Source: Nitrosopumilus sp. (lineage in GTDB: Archaea > Thermoproteota > Nitrososphaeria > Nitrososphaerales > Nitrosopumilaceae). Taken from it: 64,000 nt of DNA. Each line of letters opens with the position of its first letter. Position 1 is the stretch's first letter. Positions 10,047 through 20,832 of the stretch are shown here, piece after piece. The stretch spans positions 224,001-288,000 of the forward strand of contig OZ244732.1 of the NCBI GenBank assembly GCA_965219345.1, in the 5' to 3' direction. The position numbers were made by a program, and so were the translations under genes. The notes under the pieces were generated by a model. It was not told the DNA's origin, did not search any database, and was given only the letters and a program-made list of their open reading frames with translations.

Positions 10047-11153
10047 ATGGAAGAACGCACAAGAGAGAGGATTATTTCACTAGTAAGTTCCATATTTGAG
10101 GTCAGTGAATTTACAAAGGCGGAATTTTCATTGGAATTTAGAATTGAAGATTTGGAGTTCAAATCCAAGTTTGTGTATTTGGCAAGAAAGTTAGAAAATA
10201 TGAGTTATGTCTGTAAATTAGAAGAGATAAATGGTGCAAAATTCATCATCATTCAAAAATTTGCTGTAAAAAAACAGAGAAAGTGGATGAATGCTGCATG
10301 GACTCCTCGAGTTTTGTTTGCAATTGTAATTTCATTTGTAATGATTGACGGATACTATAGAACGTCTGGAACAAATTCAGTTGTAGAGATTGGAGATCCT
10401 TTGGAGATGGCAGTAATCTATACACTGTCATTATTAGGGATTTTAGGAATTCATGAGCTTGGCCACATTATTGCTGCCAAAGCACATAATCTAAAAACAA
10501 CTTGGCCTTACTTTATTCCAGGATTACCTATAATTGGCATTCCAACATTTGGCGCATTTATCCAATCAAAAGGGTTGACCATTAATCGAGAAATTTTATT
10601 TGATATTGCAATTGCAGGGCCAATTGCAGGACTAGTAATTGCAGTAATAGTTTCAATTTATGGGGCATATACCGCACCAATTTTAGATCAAGAGATTGCT
10701 ACAGGGTTGTTTGCCGAATCAAGATTGATGGAATGGGGTCAAGGTGAACCATTGTTAATGACTGCCAGTTTAGCATTGTTTGGCAAGGGAGGAGCTGGAC
10801 ACCAAGTCATCATGACTCCTGTTATGTTTGCAGCCTGGATTGGATTTTTAATTACATTTTTGAATTTACTGCCAGCGTGGCAATTAGACGGAGGACATAT
10901 GTCACGGACATTACTTGGTCCAAAGATGCACAGATATGCAACTTATGGAAGCATGGCAATTCTTGTTTTGTTAAATTATTGGTTAATGGCAATCTTAATC
11001 CTTGTAATGAGTTCAAGAAATCCAAGTGCATCTCCACTGGATGATGTTTCACCGCTTTCAAGAAACAGAAAACTTGCATACGTTGGAATCATAGTACTAG
11101 CAGTTTTATGCGCACCGTTACCACCAGATTTGCTACCAGGCATTTTACCTTAA
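10047..11153 (+). CDS. Site-2 protease (peptidase M50)
   Basis: HELGH zinc motif, AGP, NLLPAWQLDGG, multiple TMs. Confidence 0.92.
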   Translation: MEERTRERIISLVSSIFEVSEFTKAEFSLEFRIEDLEFKSKFVYLARKLENMSYVCKLEEINGAKFIIIQKFAVKKQRKWMNAAWTPRVLFAIVISFVMIDGYYRTSGTNSVVEIGDPLEMAVIYTLSLLGILGIHELGHIIAAKAHNLKTTWPYFIPGLPIIGIPTFGAFIQSKGLTINREILFDIAIAGPIAGLVIAVIVSIYGAYTAPILDQEIATGLFAESRLMEWGQGEPLLMTASLALFGKGGAGHQVIMTPVMFAAWIGFLITFLNLLPAWQLDGGHMSRTLLGPKMHRYATYGSMAILVLLNYWLMAILILVMSSRNPSASPLDDVSPLSRNRKLAYVGIIVLAVLCAPLPPDLLPGILP

Positions 11154-12227
11154 CAAAAGTCTAGCACCGTCTGTAACCACTGCGACTTTTTGTTTTGTAC
11201 CTTGTGTTTTTAGAATATAGTCTAGAGAGTATTTTATGCCTTGTAAAGAAACCATGTCAAGTTTCTTTGCATAAAATTCGGGAAGAATCGATACTAAACC
11301 AATTTGAAAATTCTTTTGTACTTGTGAAAGAAACAACAGGTCCTCCATGCCACTAATGTATTTGGTAGGATTTTGAAGTTGTTCTAAAGTTAATCTATCT
11401 TCAATGAATTGTTGAATTGCGTCAGAGCCCAAACCACCTTTACATTCAGCCACTAAAATGGCAAGACCGTCTTTTTTGATGGCATTTGAGCAATTCCAAA
11501 GTGAAGAGAGAGATTTTCCAAGATTGTCATTACTTGAATCTTTTCCGGTACTAATTACCATAGTTTTATGTTGACCTATATCTTTGATTGAGTGTGATTC
11601 CATAATTTTTGTTGCAGAAAGAGTTTCTGAAGGATGACCTATAGAAAAATCAACTATGCCTTCGGAATTTGCAACTATTTCAATTCCTTGAATTTCAAAA
11701 TTATTGGTAAATTTTTTGGCTTCTTCCAGACTTTCAGGATATTGTCCGGGAGTAGGAAGGTTTCCTTGTCTTTTTGCATACGCTGAAAGCATGGATTCTA
11801 GACCAAATTTTTTGATCAGACGGGTTGAAATGGTTTCATAGCCAAATAGTCCATCAAATTCCATTTCAGCCATGAATACAAGGTTTGAATTTGAAATTTC
11901 AACATCATCAAATTCATTAATTGAACTTCCTTCAGGCAATCCTGCTTTGACTAAATTCAGGATTTTTTTATCAGTTAGAATTTTTGGGAATGGTTTTGAT
12001 TTTTGCTCACATAGAGCAAATAGTGATGAAATGATTTTTTGAATGGATTTGGAGTTATGTAAAACTACAAGTTCCGTTGGTTTTGACAAGTCAAGTGTGC
12101 TGAGTTTTTCATTGATCATTGAATCTTCCAAAATTTTTCCTTCAGAATCAATTTTTTGCTCTAAATTCTCGGCTCCTATGTCCAAAACAACGTCTGTAAT
12201 TCCATAATTTAACCAGATTTCAGGCAT
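11145..12227 (-). CDS. LarA/DUF2088-like protein
   Basis: N-terminal EIWLNYG and C-terminal ILVAECKGGLG...VAVVTDG resemble the lactate-racemase-like fold; function unclear. Confidence 0.6.
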   Translation of the reverse strand: MPEIWLNYGITDVVLDIGAENLEQKIDSEGKILEDSMINEKLSTLDLSKPTELVVLHNSKSIQKIISSLFALCEQKSKPFPKILTDKKILNLVKAGLPEGSSINEFDDVEISNSNLVFMAEMEFDGLFGYETISTRLIKKFGLESMLSAYAKRQGNLPTPGQYPESLEEAKKFTNNFEIQGIEIVANSEGIVDFSIGHPSETLSATKIMESHSIKDIGQHKTMVISTGKDSSNDNLGKSLSSLWNCSNAIKKDGLAILVAECKGGLGSDAIQQFIEDRLTLEQLQNPTKYISGMEDLLFLSQVQKNFQIGLVSILPEFYAKKLDMVSLQGIKYSLDYILKTQGTKQKVAVVTDGARLLLR

Positions 12228-12277
12228 AATTCATACACAATACAAACCAAAATAAAACCAGTGTAGTTAATTTTGGT

Positions 12278-12883
12278 ATGGAATTTGTTAAAGAGTTTGC
12301 GACATTTTTGCATCAGAATGGTATTATAAAATTTGGAGACTTTACACTTGCTAGTGGAAAAACGAGTTCATACTATGTAGATCTGAGGCTAGTTCCAAGC
12401 TATCCTCATGAATTTAGAAAAATGGTAAAATATCTTGAAAATGAGATTGCACAAAACATTGGATTAAACAAATTTGATTCTATTGTTTCAGTACCAACAG
12501 GTGGCTTGGTTATTGCATCAGCACTAGCTATAGAAACTGTCAAGCCACTAATCTATGTGAGAAATAAACCAAAAGATTATGGAACTTCAAAATCAGTTGA
12601 AGGGAAAATTCATGAAGGAATGAAAGTAATCATGATTGATGATGTTGCAACTACGGGAGGTTCAGTTGTAAATGCAATAAAATTACTAAAAGAAGTCAAC
12701 ATTTCGATAAAAGATGCATATGTAATTGTTAATAGAATGGAAGGAGCTGATGAGGCTCTGTCTGAATTAGGGGTAAAGATGCATTCAATTCTAAATATCT
12801 TACAAATTACAGAAGCATTATATGAACAAAATCTTGTGGATGAAAGTATTTTAGAAAAAGTAAAAAATCAAATCAGTAAATGA
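12278..12883 (+). CDS. pyrE: Orotate phosphoribosyltransferase
   Basis: FGDFTLASG..S.YYVDLR, PKDYGT, PRPP motif IDDVATTGGS. Confidence 0.95.
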   Translation: MEFVKEFATFLHQNGIIKFGDFTLASGKTSSYYVDLRLVPSYPHEFRKMVKYLENEIAQNIGLNKFDSIVSVPTGGLVIASALAIETVKPLIYVRNKPKDYGTSKSVEGKIHEGMKVIMIDDVATTGGSVVNAIKLLKEVNISIKDAYVIVNRMEGADEALSELGVKMHSILNILQITEALYEQNLVDESILEKVKNQISK

Positions 12884-13028
12884 GTTATGGCAGCTCAGAC
12901 AAATGCCTTCCTATCATCATTCAGATATAACTCTGATTCTTCATCGCGGCCAATGAATTTTGGATTTGCTTATTTTAAAACTAATGGAATAACATGGGCC
13001 CGAAGGGTATCAAAGCATATTATTCAAC

Positions 13029-14507
13029 AGAGATTATGCGTAATCGATCATAACGTCAGCACAATACGTGGTTTTACGACACACACACGTCAGCGGCAGA
13101 ACGGCTTGCAGCCAGATAATCCGCACAACACATGAACAAAAACGCCAGAATCCAAAATGCGGTGCGCAGCCCTGCAGCACCGCCGCGTGCCCCGAGATCA
13201 CATCGTCAATCCGGTGGCACCCGCTGCCACCCGCGGCGCTAACCGAGAAATCTTCTGCGCAGCTTGGGGCTTCCCTGTGAAGCGTCCTCATCAGGTGCAG
13301 GTTTACCAGGCCCGCAACGACATTCATCTCGCAGTTGAGCTCGTCCTCGGTGCCGCCGTACGGCTCTGTCATCCGGGCATACTGCTTTATCCTGCCTATG
13401 CTGTTCTCCACTGTTATCCTGATGCCGCCTGCCTTCTGGTTGCGCTTCTTTTGCCCATCTGTCAGATTTCGGGCCTCCTCCTTCTTCTCTCCCTCTCTTT
13501 TTCCCGGTCTTTTGTGCGGCATGATTACGTTTGCGCCCGGAAGATCCTTTTGCATTCCCTGATACCCAAGATCCATGTATGCGGTAAACCTCTCGCTTTT
13601 TGGATTGGACTCGTCGTGCATTTTTTCAGCCCACCTGCCAAACGGAATCGGATCTTCCCTGAGCAGTGTTATGTCATGGGTCTTTCCAACGACGGTGCTG
13701 CCGATTCCCAGGATGATGTTGTTGTTTGTAGCGGACACTGGTTGTGTTGAACGTATGCCTCTTTTTCTTGCCTGAATACATCTCCTTTCTTCTGTCCTTC
13801 CTGCCGGAACGGCGCACGGGTATGTGGGTGCCGTCGACCAGCAGCGTTCTTGTGCCCCTGCCCGGAATGAACTCCTTTAGCTCCTTTACGGTCTTGCATT
13901 CTGATACCGCCTCTGAGATCCTGCGCGGCGTCGGAAGTATCGTCCCAAGCGTCTTATTGCAGAACTGAAGGTACCTGCATACGTTGGACTGGTCTATCCC
14001 AAAGAATGCCTCAAGGGTTCCCTGCGTCGGATTGTCCTTGAGGCGCAGCAAGCAATGAGGAGCGCGTGCCTTGGATAGAGGCCGCAGCGGTTGCCGGGAT
14101 CGTCTGATCTCATTTCGTTGTTGCGGAACAGCGGCGCGCATCCTCTGACTTTATGATTGCCTCCTCAAAAACCTCTCCAGGATGTATTCGAACTCTTCTT
14201 TGCTGTGCAGCGTTGCCGCATGAAGCAGCGCCCCGTCATTTATTATGCCATCTAACGTCTCAAACCTGTGCAGGAGCGCTGCCCTGCCTGCGTCCACTGG
14301 GATGTCGATGCCATGTCTGGTCTTCCACAGGCCGCGCTCAAGATCCAGCTCCCTGCCTTTCTGCCCCCGAGTCTTCCTTAGTTTTTTGATCTCCTGTTGC
14401 AGCTGGCGTATGGTTTGATCAGATGAATCTGGCATTTGATGTGTGGCGTGATCGTGTCTGATCTAAACTTATCGGCGTGGGGTTTGGAGGGATTACGCAT
14501 AATCTCT
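13029..14507 (-). mobile_element. IS5-superfamily (DDE_Tnp_4-like) insertion sequence with frameshifted transposase
   Basis: Perfect 17-bp TIR AGAGATTATGCGTAATC at 13029-13045 and 14491-14507; transposase pieces 14151-14435, 13674-14141 and 13034-13738 with LVDGT, YSGKKKRH, HD, DLGYQG, RITVENSIGRIK; visibly GC-richer than host. Confidence 0.9.
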
Positions 14508-14749
14508 ACATATTATCTGATCTTGTTGCGTGGGGGAACAATCGAGGGAGTGAACCTGATGGAGTAATTTCAATGGATGCAACAGATGCAATTGAAACAA
14601 AGCCAAGACATGATTTTAAATGATAGAATGGCCGTAACTGCACGGCCCCTGACACCAACACTGTTAGTTCAGGGGATTCAATTACGGCTACTCATAATAA
14701 CGTCATACGAATATAATAAGATTCATGCGTAAATTTTGAGATTTGTATA

Positions 14750-14961
14750 ATGTCAGATAAACCTATGAGATCATATTTTGCTCAAACTATCAAATGCGAG
14801 AAAAGATCGGCGAGAGGCCATATGAAGTCACAAAAAAAGACGGCATGTATGTAATCAAGTTCTATCCAATGATAAAAAACGCCAAAAAACCAGACAAGGT
14901 GCTGTTCTGTCTGACAGTCTCAAAACAAGAGTTTGGCAAGCTAGCTTCCAAGATAAAATGA
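14750..14961 (+). pseudogene. Small hypothetical gene, apparently frameshifted near 14797-14806
   Basis: MSDKPMRSYFAQTIKCE continues in another frame as KIGERPYEVTKKDGMYVIKFYP...LASKIK*. Confidence 0.4.
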
Positions 14962-15019
14962 CTGTAAGGATGACGGCAGATGGCAAATACATTTTTAGCC
15001 ATATTGCGTAATCAACATC

Positions 15020-16420
15020 ATGTCGTACTGGTTAAAAGTTCCACCACGTAGGCAGATCTCAGAGTTCATAGTGTTTGCTCTTGGTCAAAATGGAATGACT
15101 GTGAGCCAGATAGAAAAAGATATCGGCAGACAAATTCCCGGAAGCTCAACACAGCATCAATACAAAGACATGCCGGTATGGCATCGCAGAAAAGACATAA
15201 TAGAATATGTTGCACAAGAGATGAAACTGCATCAAAGCATGTGGGGGGACAAGAGAACCTCAAACGAGTTTTACAGTGCAGCAGATCAAGAGATATCCAA
15301 ACTCAAACAAAAAAACATCATGATAAACTGGCACAAGTCTGGCAATGTGGCGATATTCCGCCTAGATCCAAAATACAAGATGTCCGCAAAGCCGGCCGCC
15401 AGTCTAGAAGCTGCAACATCTCCAACACTCCAGGATTCTCGAACAGACGACATGAAAAGGATATTTCTATCAATAATCACACAGTCTAGAAAGGACAATA
15501 CATACAAGTTTGCGCTTGGAAGGGTGCTCTTGGAACATTGCTATGATAGCAGTGCCGGTGAGAATTCCTATAAAATTCCGTACACGCATCTTGCAAAAAA
15601 ATTTCTGGAATATTATTGGCATCAAGAGTGCAAGTTTAAGATAAAACAGGATTTTAAAACTAAAAGCATCCCCAAGGTCATCCATGCAATACGGTATGTG
15701 TTCGGAGAAAACACACCTGGTGATTTCAGTCTAATTGATGAGGACGATAAGGCCAAGGCAGAAAGCAAAATACTTTGTAATGTCTTTGGCCATGCAAGAT
15801 CAAAGACGTCATTAGTGGTTCCAAGATTTCAGAAAATAATGGCCGGCAAATACGGCGTAGAGAATCAGATATTTTATGATTATGACGACGATGAAAAGAT
15901 GATCTATCTCAAACCGGAAGCATTTGATTTTTTCAAGACCAACTATGGAATATTATCCAAAGCCCTTCTTGCAGAATGGGCCAAATTCCTCGAAAAGATC
16001 AACGGGTCATTGCCAAGACTGGTGGCAAAGATAGAACAAGACGAGTTTGAACGAGGATCCCTGACTCCATTCAGAAAGGCCTATGCCAAACATACGAATC
16101 ATTGTTTTTACTGCTGTGACAAGCTAGAACACAGATATACCCATGTGGATCACTTTCTTCCATGGTCGTACATATTCGAGGATCAGGCATGGAACCTGGT
16201 CTTGGCCTGCCAGGAATGCAACTGTAAAAAGAGCAGCTCTCTTCCGCAACAGGAGTTCCGTGATATGTTGATCAGAAGAAACCACGAATATGAAAATCAG
16301 ATTCCGCTTTTGAGAAAATCCTTGGCATTCATAGACACCAAGATTGGCTGGAGATCTGAGATAAAGGGACACTACAAAAACTGCGAAGAGTATGGATTCA
16401 ACGTCATTAAAATGCCTTGA
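15020..16420 (+). CDS. HNH endonuclease-domain protein (putative restriction/defence nuclease)
   Basis: C-terminal CFYC...HVDHFLPWS...NLVLACQECNCKK; central NTYKFAL motif; helical N-terminal extension. Confidence 0.85.
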   Translation: MSYWLKVPPRRQISEFIVFALGQNGMTVSQIEKDIGRQIPGSSTQHQYKDMPVWHRRKDIIEYVAQEMKLHQSMWGDKRTSNEFYSAADQEISKLKQKNIMINWHKSGNVAIFRLDPKYKMSAKPAASLEAATSPTLQDSRTDDMKRIFLSIITQSRKDNTYKFALGRVLLEHCYDSSAGENSYKIPYTHLAKKFLEYYWHQECKFKIKQDFKTKSIPKVIHAIRYVFGENTPGDFSLIDEDDKAKAESKILCNVFGHARSKTSLVVPRFQKIMAGKYGVENQIFYDYDDDEKMIYLKPEAFDFFKTNYGILSKALLAEWAKFLEKINGSLPRLVAKIEQDEFERGSLTPFRKAYAKHTNHCFYCCDKLEHRYTHVDHFLPWSYIFEDQAWNLVLACQECNCKKSSSLPQQEFRDMLIRRNHEYENQIPLLRKSLAFIDTKIGWRSEIKGHYKNCEEYGFNVIKMP

Positions 16421-16503
16421 TGATCTGGATTCGCTGCCATGCATTGCATGGCTTTAATTTGACTGCTTTTGGTTTTTCTAAACTACGAATAGTTATATTC
16501 ATT

Positions 16504-17246
16504 GTAACTGTTCACGTCATTTGACCCCCCCCCCCCGTCTAGACGTATTTTGCCATCTCTGCGAGGTAGCGGTCCAGCCCCGCGCTCTTCCACGTCGCAA
16601 AGCATGTGAAGATGTTGCCCATCTGGTCTGCAGTCTTCTCTGACCGCAGCGCGCCGCGAATCTTCCTGTGGACCACCACCTCGCGCAGCCCGCGCTCTGC
16701 GGCGTTGTTCGTAGGCGGGACGCGCGGGTCCAGCACGAATGTGAACAGGTCCGGCAGCGCGCGCCCGAGCTTGGCCATGAATTGTTTTAGCAGCGGGTCG
16801 CTGCCGTACCTTGACATGATCCTCCTGATGCGCAACACGAGCAGATCTCGCGCGGCACGCCGCTCCCCGACGGGCCTCCTGCCCTTGGCGTCATCGAATA
16901 TGCGGCGCAGCCGCACCAGCACGTCCCCTGCGGCCTCGGAATCCGGGTTTGCCTCGGACAGGTGGCGCGCCTCCCTGATGACGTGGGCCCAGCAGCGCTG
17001 CACTTCTTGTGCAGGTCCTCGCTGGTCTTGTGCAGGTCCTCGCTGGTTCTGCGCATCTCCCTGCTGGTCTTGTTGCTTATTTCCATGACTTGTTTGAGCT
17101 TGATGATTTCAAGCCTTGATTGTTTGTACAGCTTCTTGTAGTTGGCCTCTGCCAATATGGTGACTTGGCTGTGGCATATTTAGATCACATGATCCATGCA
17201 TGCTTACACTTTGAAGGATAAATTTAGGCACGACGTGAACAAGTAC
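16504..17246 (-). mobile_element. Internally deleted IS66-family element
   Basis: Imperfect TIRs GTAACTGTTCACGTC and GTACTTGTTCACGTC; transposase C-terminus QRCWAH...PTNNAAERGLREVVVHRKI joined out of frame to a coiled-coil N-terminus with 21-bp tandem repeats; GC-rich. Confidence 0.85.
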
Positions 17247-17701
17247 GAATTTTCTATTACAGAGAATGGTGGGGGGAAATCACAATTATTAAAAAAATAA
17301 TAACGATATTTCTTCTGACCATTCTTCATATGTAACACGCTGTCAGTCATTTACTGACAATTCTGAGAATCAGGCAATTAAATTCTTAAAAAGAATGCTA
17401 CCAGTTACAATATACTCACAATGCAGGTTTGGGAAATGACCTCTTCTGTTCCATGACATTCACGCACCAAAAAGCATTGGTAACGGTCTAACCACTGCAG
17501 ATGCCAGCTAGTCTCACTTGGAGGTGAAAAATCACAAATTGGCAAATCAAATTTCCCCATTAAATACAAAATCTTCTCAACAAGACATGTATTCACCATA
17601 TCATTATTTTGAATCAAAAAAACAGACCTGTGACAAACATTTGTCAGGGGTTACAAAACCTTGTGAAGATTAATATTTTCAATAATACCAATAAATCAAC
17701 G

Positions 17702-19054
17702 TTGGAGAAACAGAAATTTCTCATTGTCGGAAGTGGAGGGCGTGAAAGTGCTTTTGCACTACAGCTTGCGCAAGACACACAAGTTTATGCAGTTATCTCT
17801 CACAAAAATCCGCTCATTATTCATTGTGTGATACAGTCAGGTGGCAAATATTTGGTCGGTGATGCCGATGATCCGCAAACAGTTCTGAACTTTGCAAAAG
17901 AGAACAACATAGATTACGCTTTTGTCAACGCAGACCAGCCATTGGCTAATGGTGTTGTTGATGTTCTGCTTGATAATAATTTTAAGGCAATTGGTGGAAC
18001 AAAGGATGCAACACGCATAGAGTGGGATAAAATTTACTCCATTCAAATGATGCAAAAAATGTGTTCGGAGTTTACGCCATTTTACAAAGTTGTTTCAAAA
18101 ACAGAAGAACTACCAGATGCAATAGAATCATTTGAATCAAAAAGACTAGAGATAGTGGTAAAACCGCAAGGACTAACAGGAGGCAAAGGTGTCAAAGTAA
18201 TGCCTGAACATCTACCAACATATCAAGACTGCACCGACTATGCGTCTCTTCTTCTTGAGAAAAACCCTGACCAAAAGGTTCTGTTGGTAGAAAAGCTGCA
18301 AGGCATAGAGTTTACAATCATGGGAATTACTGATGGTACAAACTTGGTTGTATCTCCTGCAAGTTATGACTATCCGTTCAGACATGAGGATGACAAGGGT
18401 GCAGGAACCGGAGGAATGGGTTGCTTTACAAATTCAGAGAAAAAACTTCCGTTTATGAGTGACAAGGACTTGGATGATTGTAGATACATAATGCAAAAAA
18501 TAATTGATGAGATAAAACAAGACAATCTGTTTTTTAACGGTGTTATCAATGGTGGCTTTTTTAAAACAAAAAAAGGCATAAAATTCATGGAGTTTAACGG
18601 TCGCTTTGGAGATCCTGAAGGATTAAACATTCTAAGCATTCTTAAAGGATCATTTTCAGAATTGTTGATTCATCTTTGGAACAAGACGTTGTCTGATGAT
18701 GTGGTTTCGTTTGTCAAAAAAGCAAGTGTTGTAAAATATCTGGTTGCAAAGGAATATCCAGAGCGAAGCGACAAGGCAATCTCTTTTAGCATTAATGAAA
18801 AGGCAATTGCAGATCTTGGCGTAAAAACATTCTTTGCATCCTGCATCAAGACAGGAGCACAGCAATATGAAACCCTGAAAAAATCACGAGTTGTCGCATT
18901 CAGTGCACTTTCAGACAACATAGATGAAGCTTCGTCTTTGATAAATAAAATAATTGAAATGCATGTCAATGGTGATTTGGAGTACAGACATGATATTGGC
19001 TCTCAAAAGAGTCTGGAAAAATTAAAAAAAATCAATGCTGAATTAACTCATTGA
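17702..19054 (+). CDS. PurD-like ATP-grasp ligase (phosphoribosylamine-glycine ligase homolog, divergent)
   Basis: GSGGRE, VVKPQGLTGGKGV, TGGMG, EFNGRFGDPE motifs; start placed at TTG 17702 (ORF track begins at 17609). Confidence 0.85.
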   Translation: MEKQKFLIVGSGGRESAFALQLAQDTQVYAVISHKNPLIIHCVIQSGGKYLVGDADDPQTVLNFAKENNIDYAFVNADQPLANGVVDVLLDNNFKAIGGTKDATRIEWDKIYSIQMMQKMCSEFTPFYKVVSKTEELPDAIESFESKRLEIVVKPQGLTGGKGVKVMPEHLPTYQDCTDYASLLLEKNPDQKVLLVEKLQGIEFTIMGITDGTNLVVSPASYDYPFRHEDDKGAGTGGMGCFTNSEKKLPFMSDKDLDDCRYIMQKIIDEIKQDNLFFNGVINGGFFKTKKGIKFMEFNGRFGDPEGLNILSILKGSFSELLIHLWNKTLSDDVVSFVKKASVVKYLVAKEYPERSDKAISFSINEKAIADLGVKTFFASCIKTGAQQYETLKKSRVVAFSALSDNIDEASSLINKIIEMHVNGDLEYRHDIGSQKSLEKLKKINAELTH

Positions 19055-19201
19055 GAAACCATACCATTTTAGAGATTCAAAAATACAGATAATCTTCATC
19101 TTTAAATTCAATTTTTTCTGTGTTTTACAATGCCAAAACTACAAGTATTCTCAAAAACAAAAAAAGAAAATTACGGAATACAAAGACATGATTCCTACAA
19201 T

Positions 19202-19724
19202 AGAGATTTGCGTAATCGATCATAATGTCAGCACAATACGTGGTTTTACGACACACACGTCAACGGCAGGACGGCTTGCAGCCAGACAATCCGCACAACA
19301 CATGAACAAAAACGCTAGAATCCAAAATGTGGTGCGCAGCCAGCAGACCCAAAGTAGTTTCTCGATCCTCGTGATAAAACAAAAACGCTAGAATCCAAAA
19401 TGTGGTGCGCAGCCCTGCAGCACCGCCGCGTGCCCCGAGATCACATCGTCAATCCGGTGGCACTCACTGCCACCCGGCGCTAACCAAGAAATCTTCTGCG
19501 TAGCTTGGGGCTTCCTCTGTGAAGCGTCTTCATCAGGTGCAAGTTTACCAGGCCCGCAACGACATTCATCTCGTAGTTGAGCTCGTCCTCGGTGCCGCCG
19601 TACGGCTCTGTCATCCGGGCATACTGCTTTATCCTGCCTATGCTGTTCTCCACTGTCACCCTGATGCCGCCTACCTTCTGGTTGTGCTTCTTTTGCTCAT
19701 CTGTCAGATTTCGGGCCTCCTCCT
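19202..19724 (-). mobile_element. Partial second copy of the IS5-family element (TIR plus transposase 3' end)
   Basis: Near-identical to 13029-~13480; TIR AGAGATT-TGCGTAATC with a 1-nt deletion; internal ~37-bp duplication. Confidence 0.88.
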
Positions 19725-20099
19725 ACGGGTACCGCATGCCAATCAAGATGATATCTGAGAACAGCGGGAGGAACGCCGGCATACACATATCGACAGGAGG
19801 CGTCTGCAACATACTTTACAGGCTCGGGGCGTGCCTGCACATACCTGCACGCCGAATCCTTGCGTCCCTGCAGAAGGCAAGCGTACTGCACATGGACGAG
19901 ACGTCGTTTAGCATAAACGGGAAACTGTCTGGGTGTGGATACTGCTAAACCCGCACACCGGGGAGTCGTTTTACGCAGTACGGAAGAGCAGGGGGCAGGC
20001 GTCTTGCGGGAGCTGCTGCCCGGCTAGGACGGAACAGTGATGTGCGACGGATGGAGGCCGTACGGCATGTTCGGCGGGCCAAATGACGTGAGCAAGTAC
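19725..20099 (+). mobile_element. IS66 transposase central fragment plus terminal repeat
   Basis: HMDETSF...WVW...SRG...CDGWRPY (DDE core, disrupted), then CAAATGACGTGAGCAAGTAC, the reverse complement of the 16504 end. Confidence 0.82.
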
Positions 20100-20284
20100 T
20101 TCAAGATTACTGTATGTCAGGATGTATTATAGTAGGCTACAGCGATATATAATGATAGGTAATTAATTACATAATAATAGGTATATAATTATATAATAGA
20201 TATACTAAGCATATCCATGATATCTGGAAATACAATTACTTTTAGAAGTAATTTTGTAAAAGTAGTATCACCAATCTATGAATT

Positions 20285-20782
20285 GTGGGGGTCGTGTGTC
20301 CAGTGAGTGCAACTTTAGAATCCAAAAAACATTCTGGAATAATTGATATATCTTCTAAAAATACTCTAGAAATTAAAGACAAGTTAGTATCATTGCCTAC
20401 AATGTCTATAGTAACCAAATCTGGATTAGGTAATGTTTCCAGAAATGAGGATATGGTTTCTAAAAATACTGAGAAAGTTCTAGAATGTGGACCTTTAGAG
20501 AGTGTATTTCCATGTTCTGAATCAAAGATTCTGGATTTCCTAGTCACATTTCAAGAATATGATTATTCCATATCAGATATTTCTAAAAACTCAGGAGTGG
20601 GATTCAAGACAACTTTAGGTGTAATCAAAGATCTGGAAACACGACAATTGATTTTTAAAAATAGAAATGTAGGAAGGGCAAAAATGTTCAAGTTAAATCT
20701 GGATTCAGCAGAGACTGTTATTATAAATAAACTAGCCCTAGAGATCGCCACAAAAAGAGCGATGAATCAAGCAATCACATAA
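20285..20782 (+). CDS. Winged-helix/HTH DNA-binding protein
   Basis: C-terminal ESKILDFL...YSISDISKNSGVGFKT...L...RNVGRAKMFKLN wHTH pattern; start uncertain. Confidence 0.65.
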   Translation: MGVVCPVSATLESKKHSGIIDISSKNTLEIKDKLVSLPTMSIVTKSGLGNVSRNEDMVSKNTEKVLECGPLESVFPCSESKILDFLVTFQEYDYSISDISKNSGVGFKTTLGVIKDLETRQLIFKNRNVGRAKMFKLNLDSAETVIINKLALEIATKRAMNQAIT

Positions 20783-20832
20783 GACAAGAATGTATACACA
20801 GAGTATATCAAAGCCATTTTATAATATCCGTA

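Noticed and set aside
13068-14389. Plus-strand ORFs inside the IS5 element (e.g. 13157-13750)
   Set aside because: These are antisense shadows in GC-rich transposase sequence with no independent motifs.
16525-16536. Poly-C tract as a phase-variation switch
   Set aside because: It lies in the non-coding end of a defective IS66, not in a gene or promoter.
16495-20110. 8-bp target-site duplications around the IS66 ends
   Set aside because: The flanks (TATTCATT, GAATTTTC, TTCAAGAT) do not match, so a clean composite transposition is not demonstrated.
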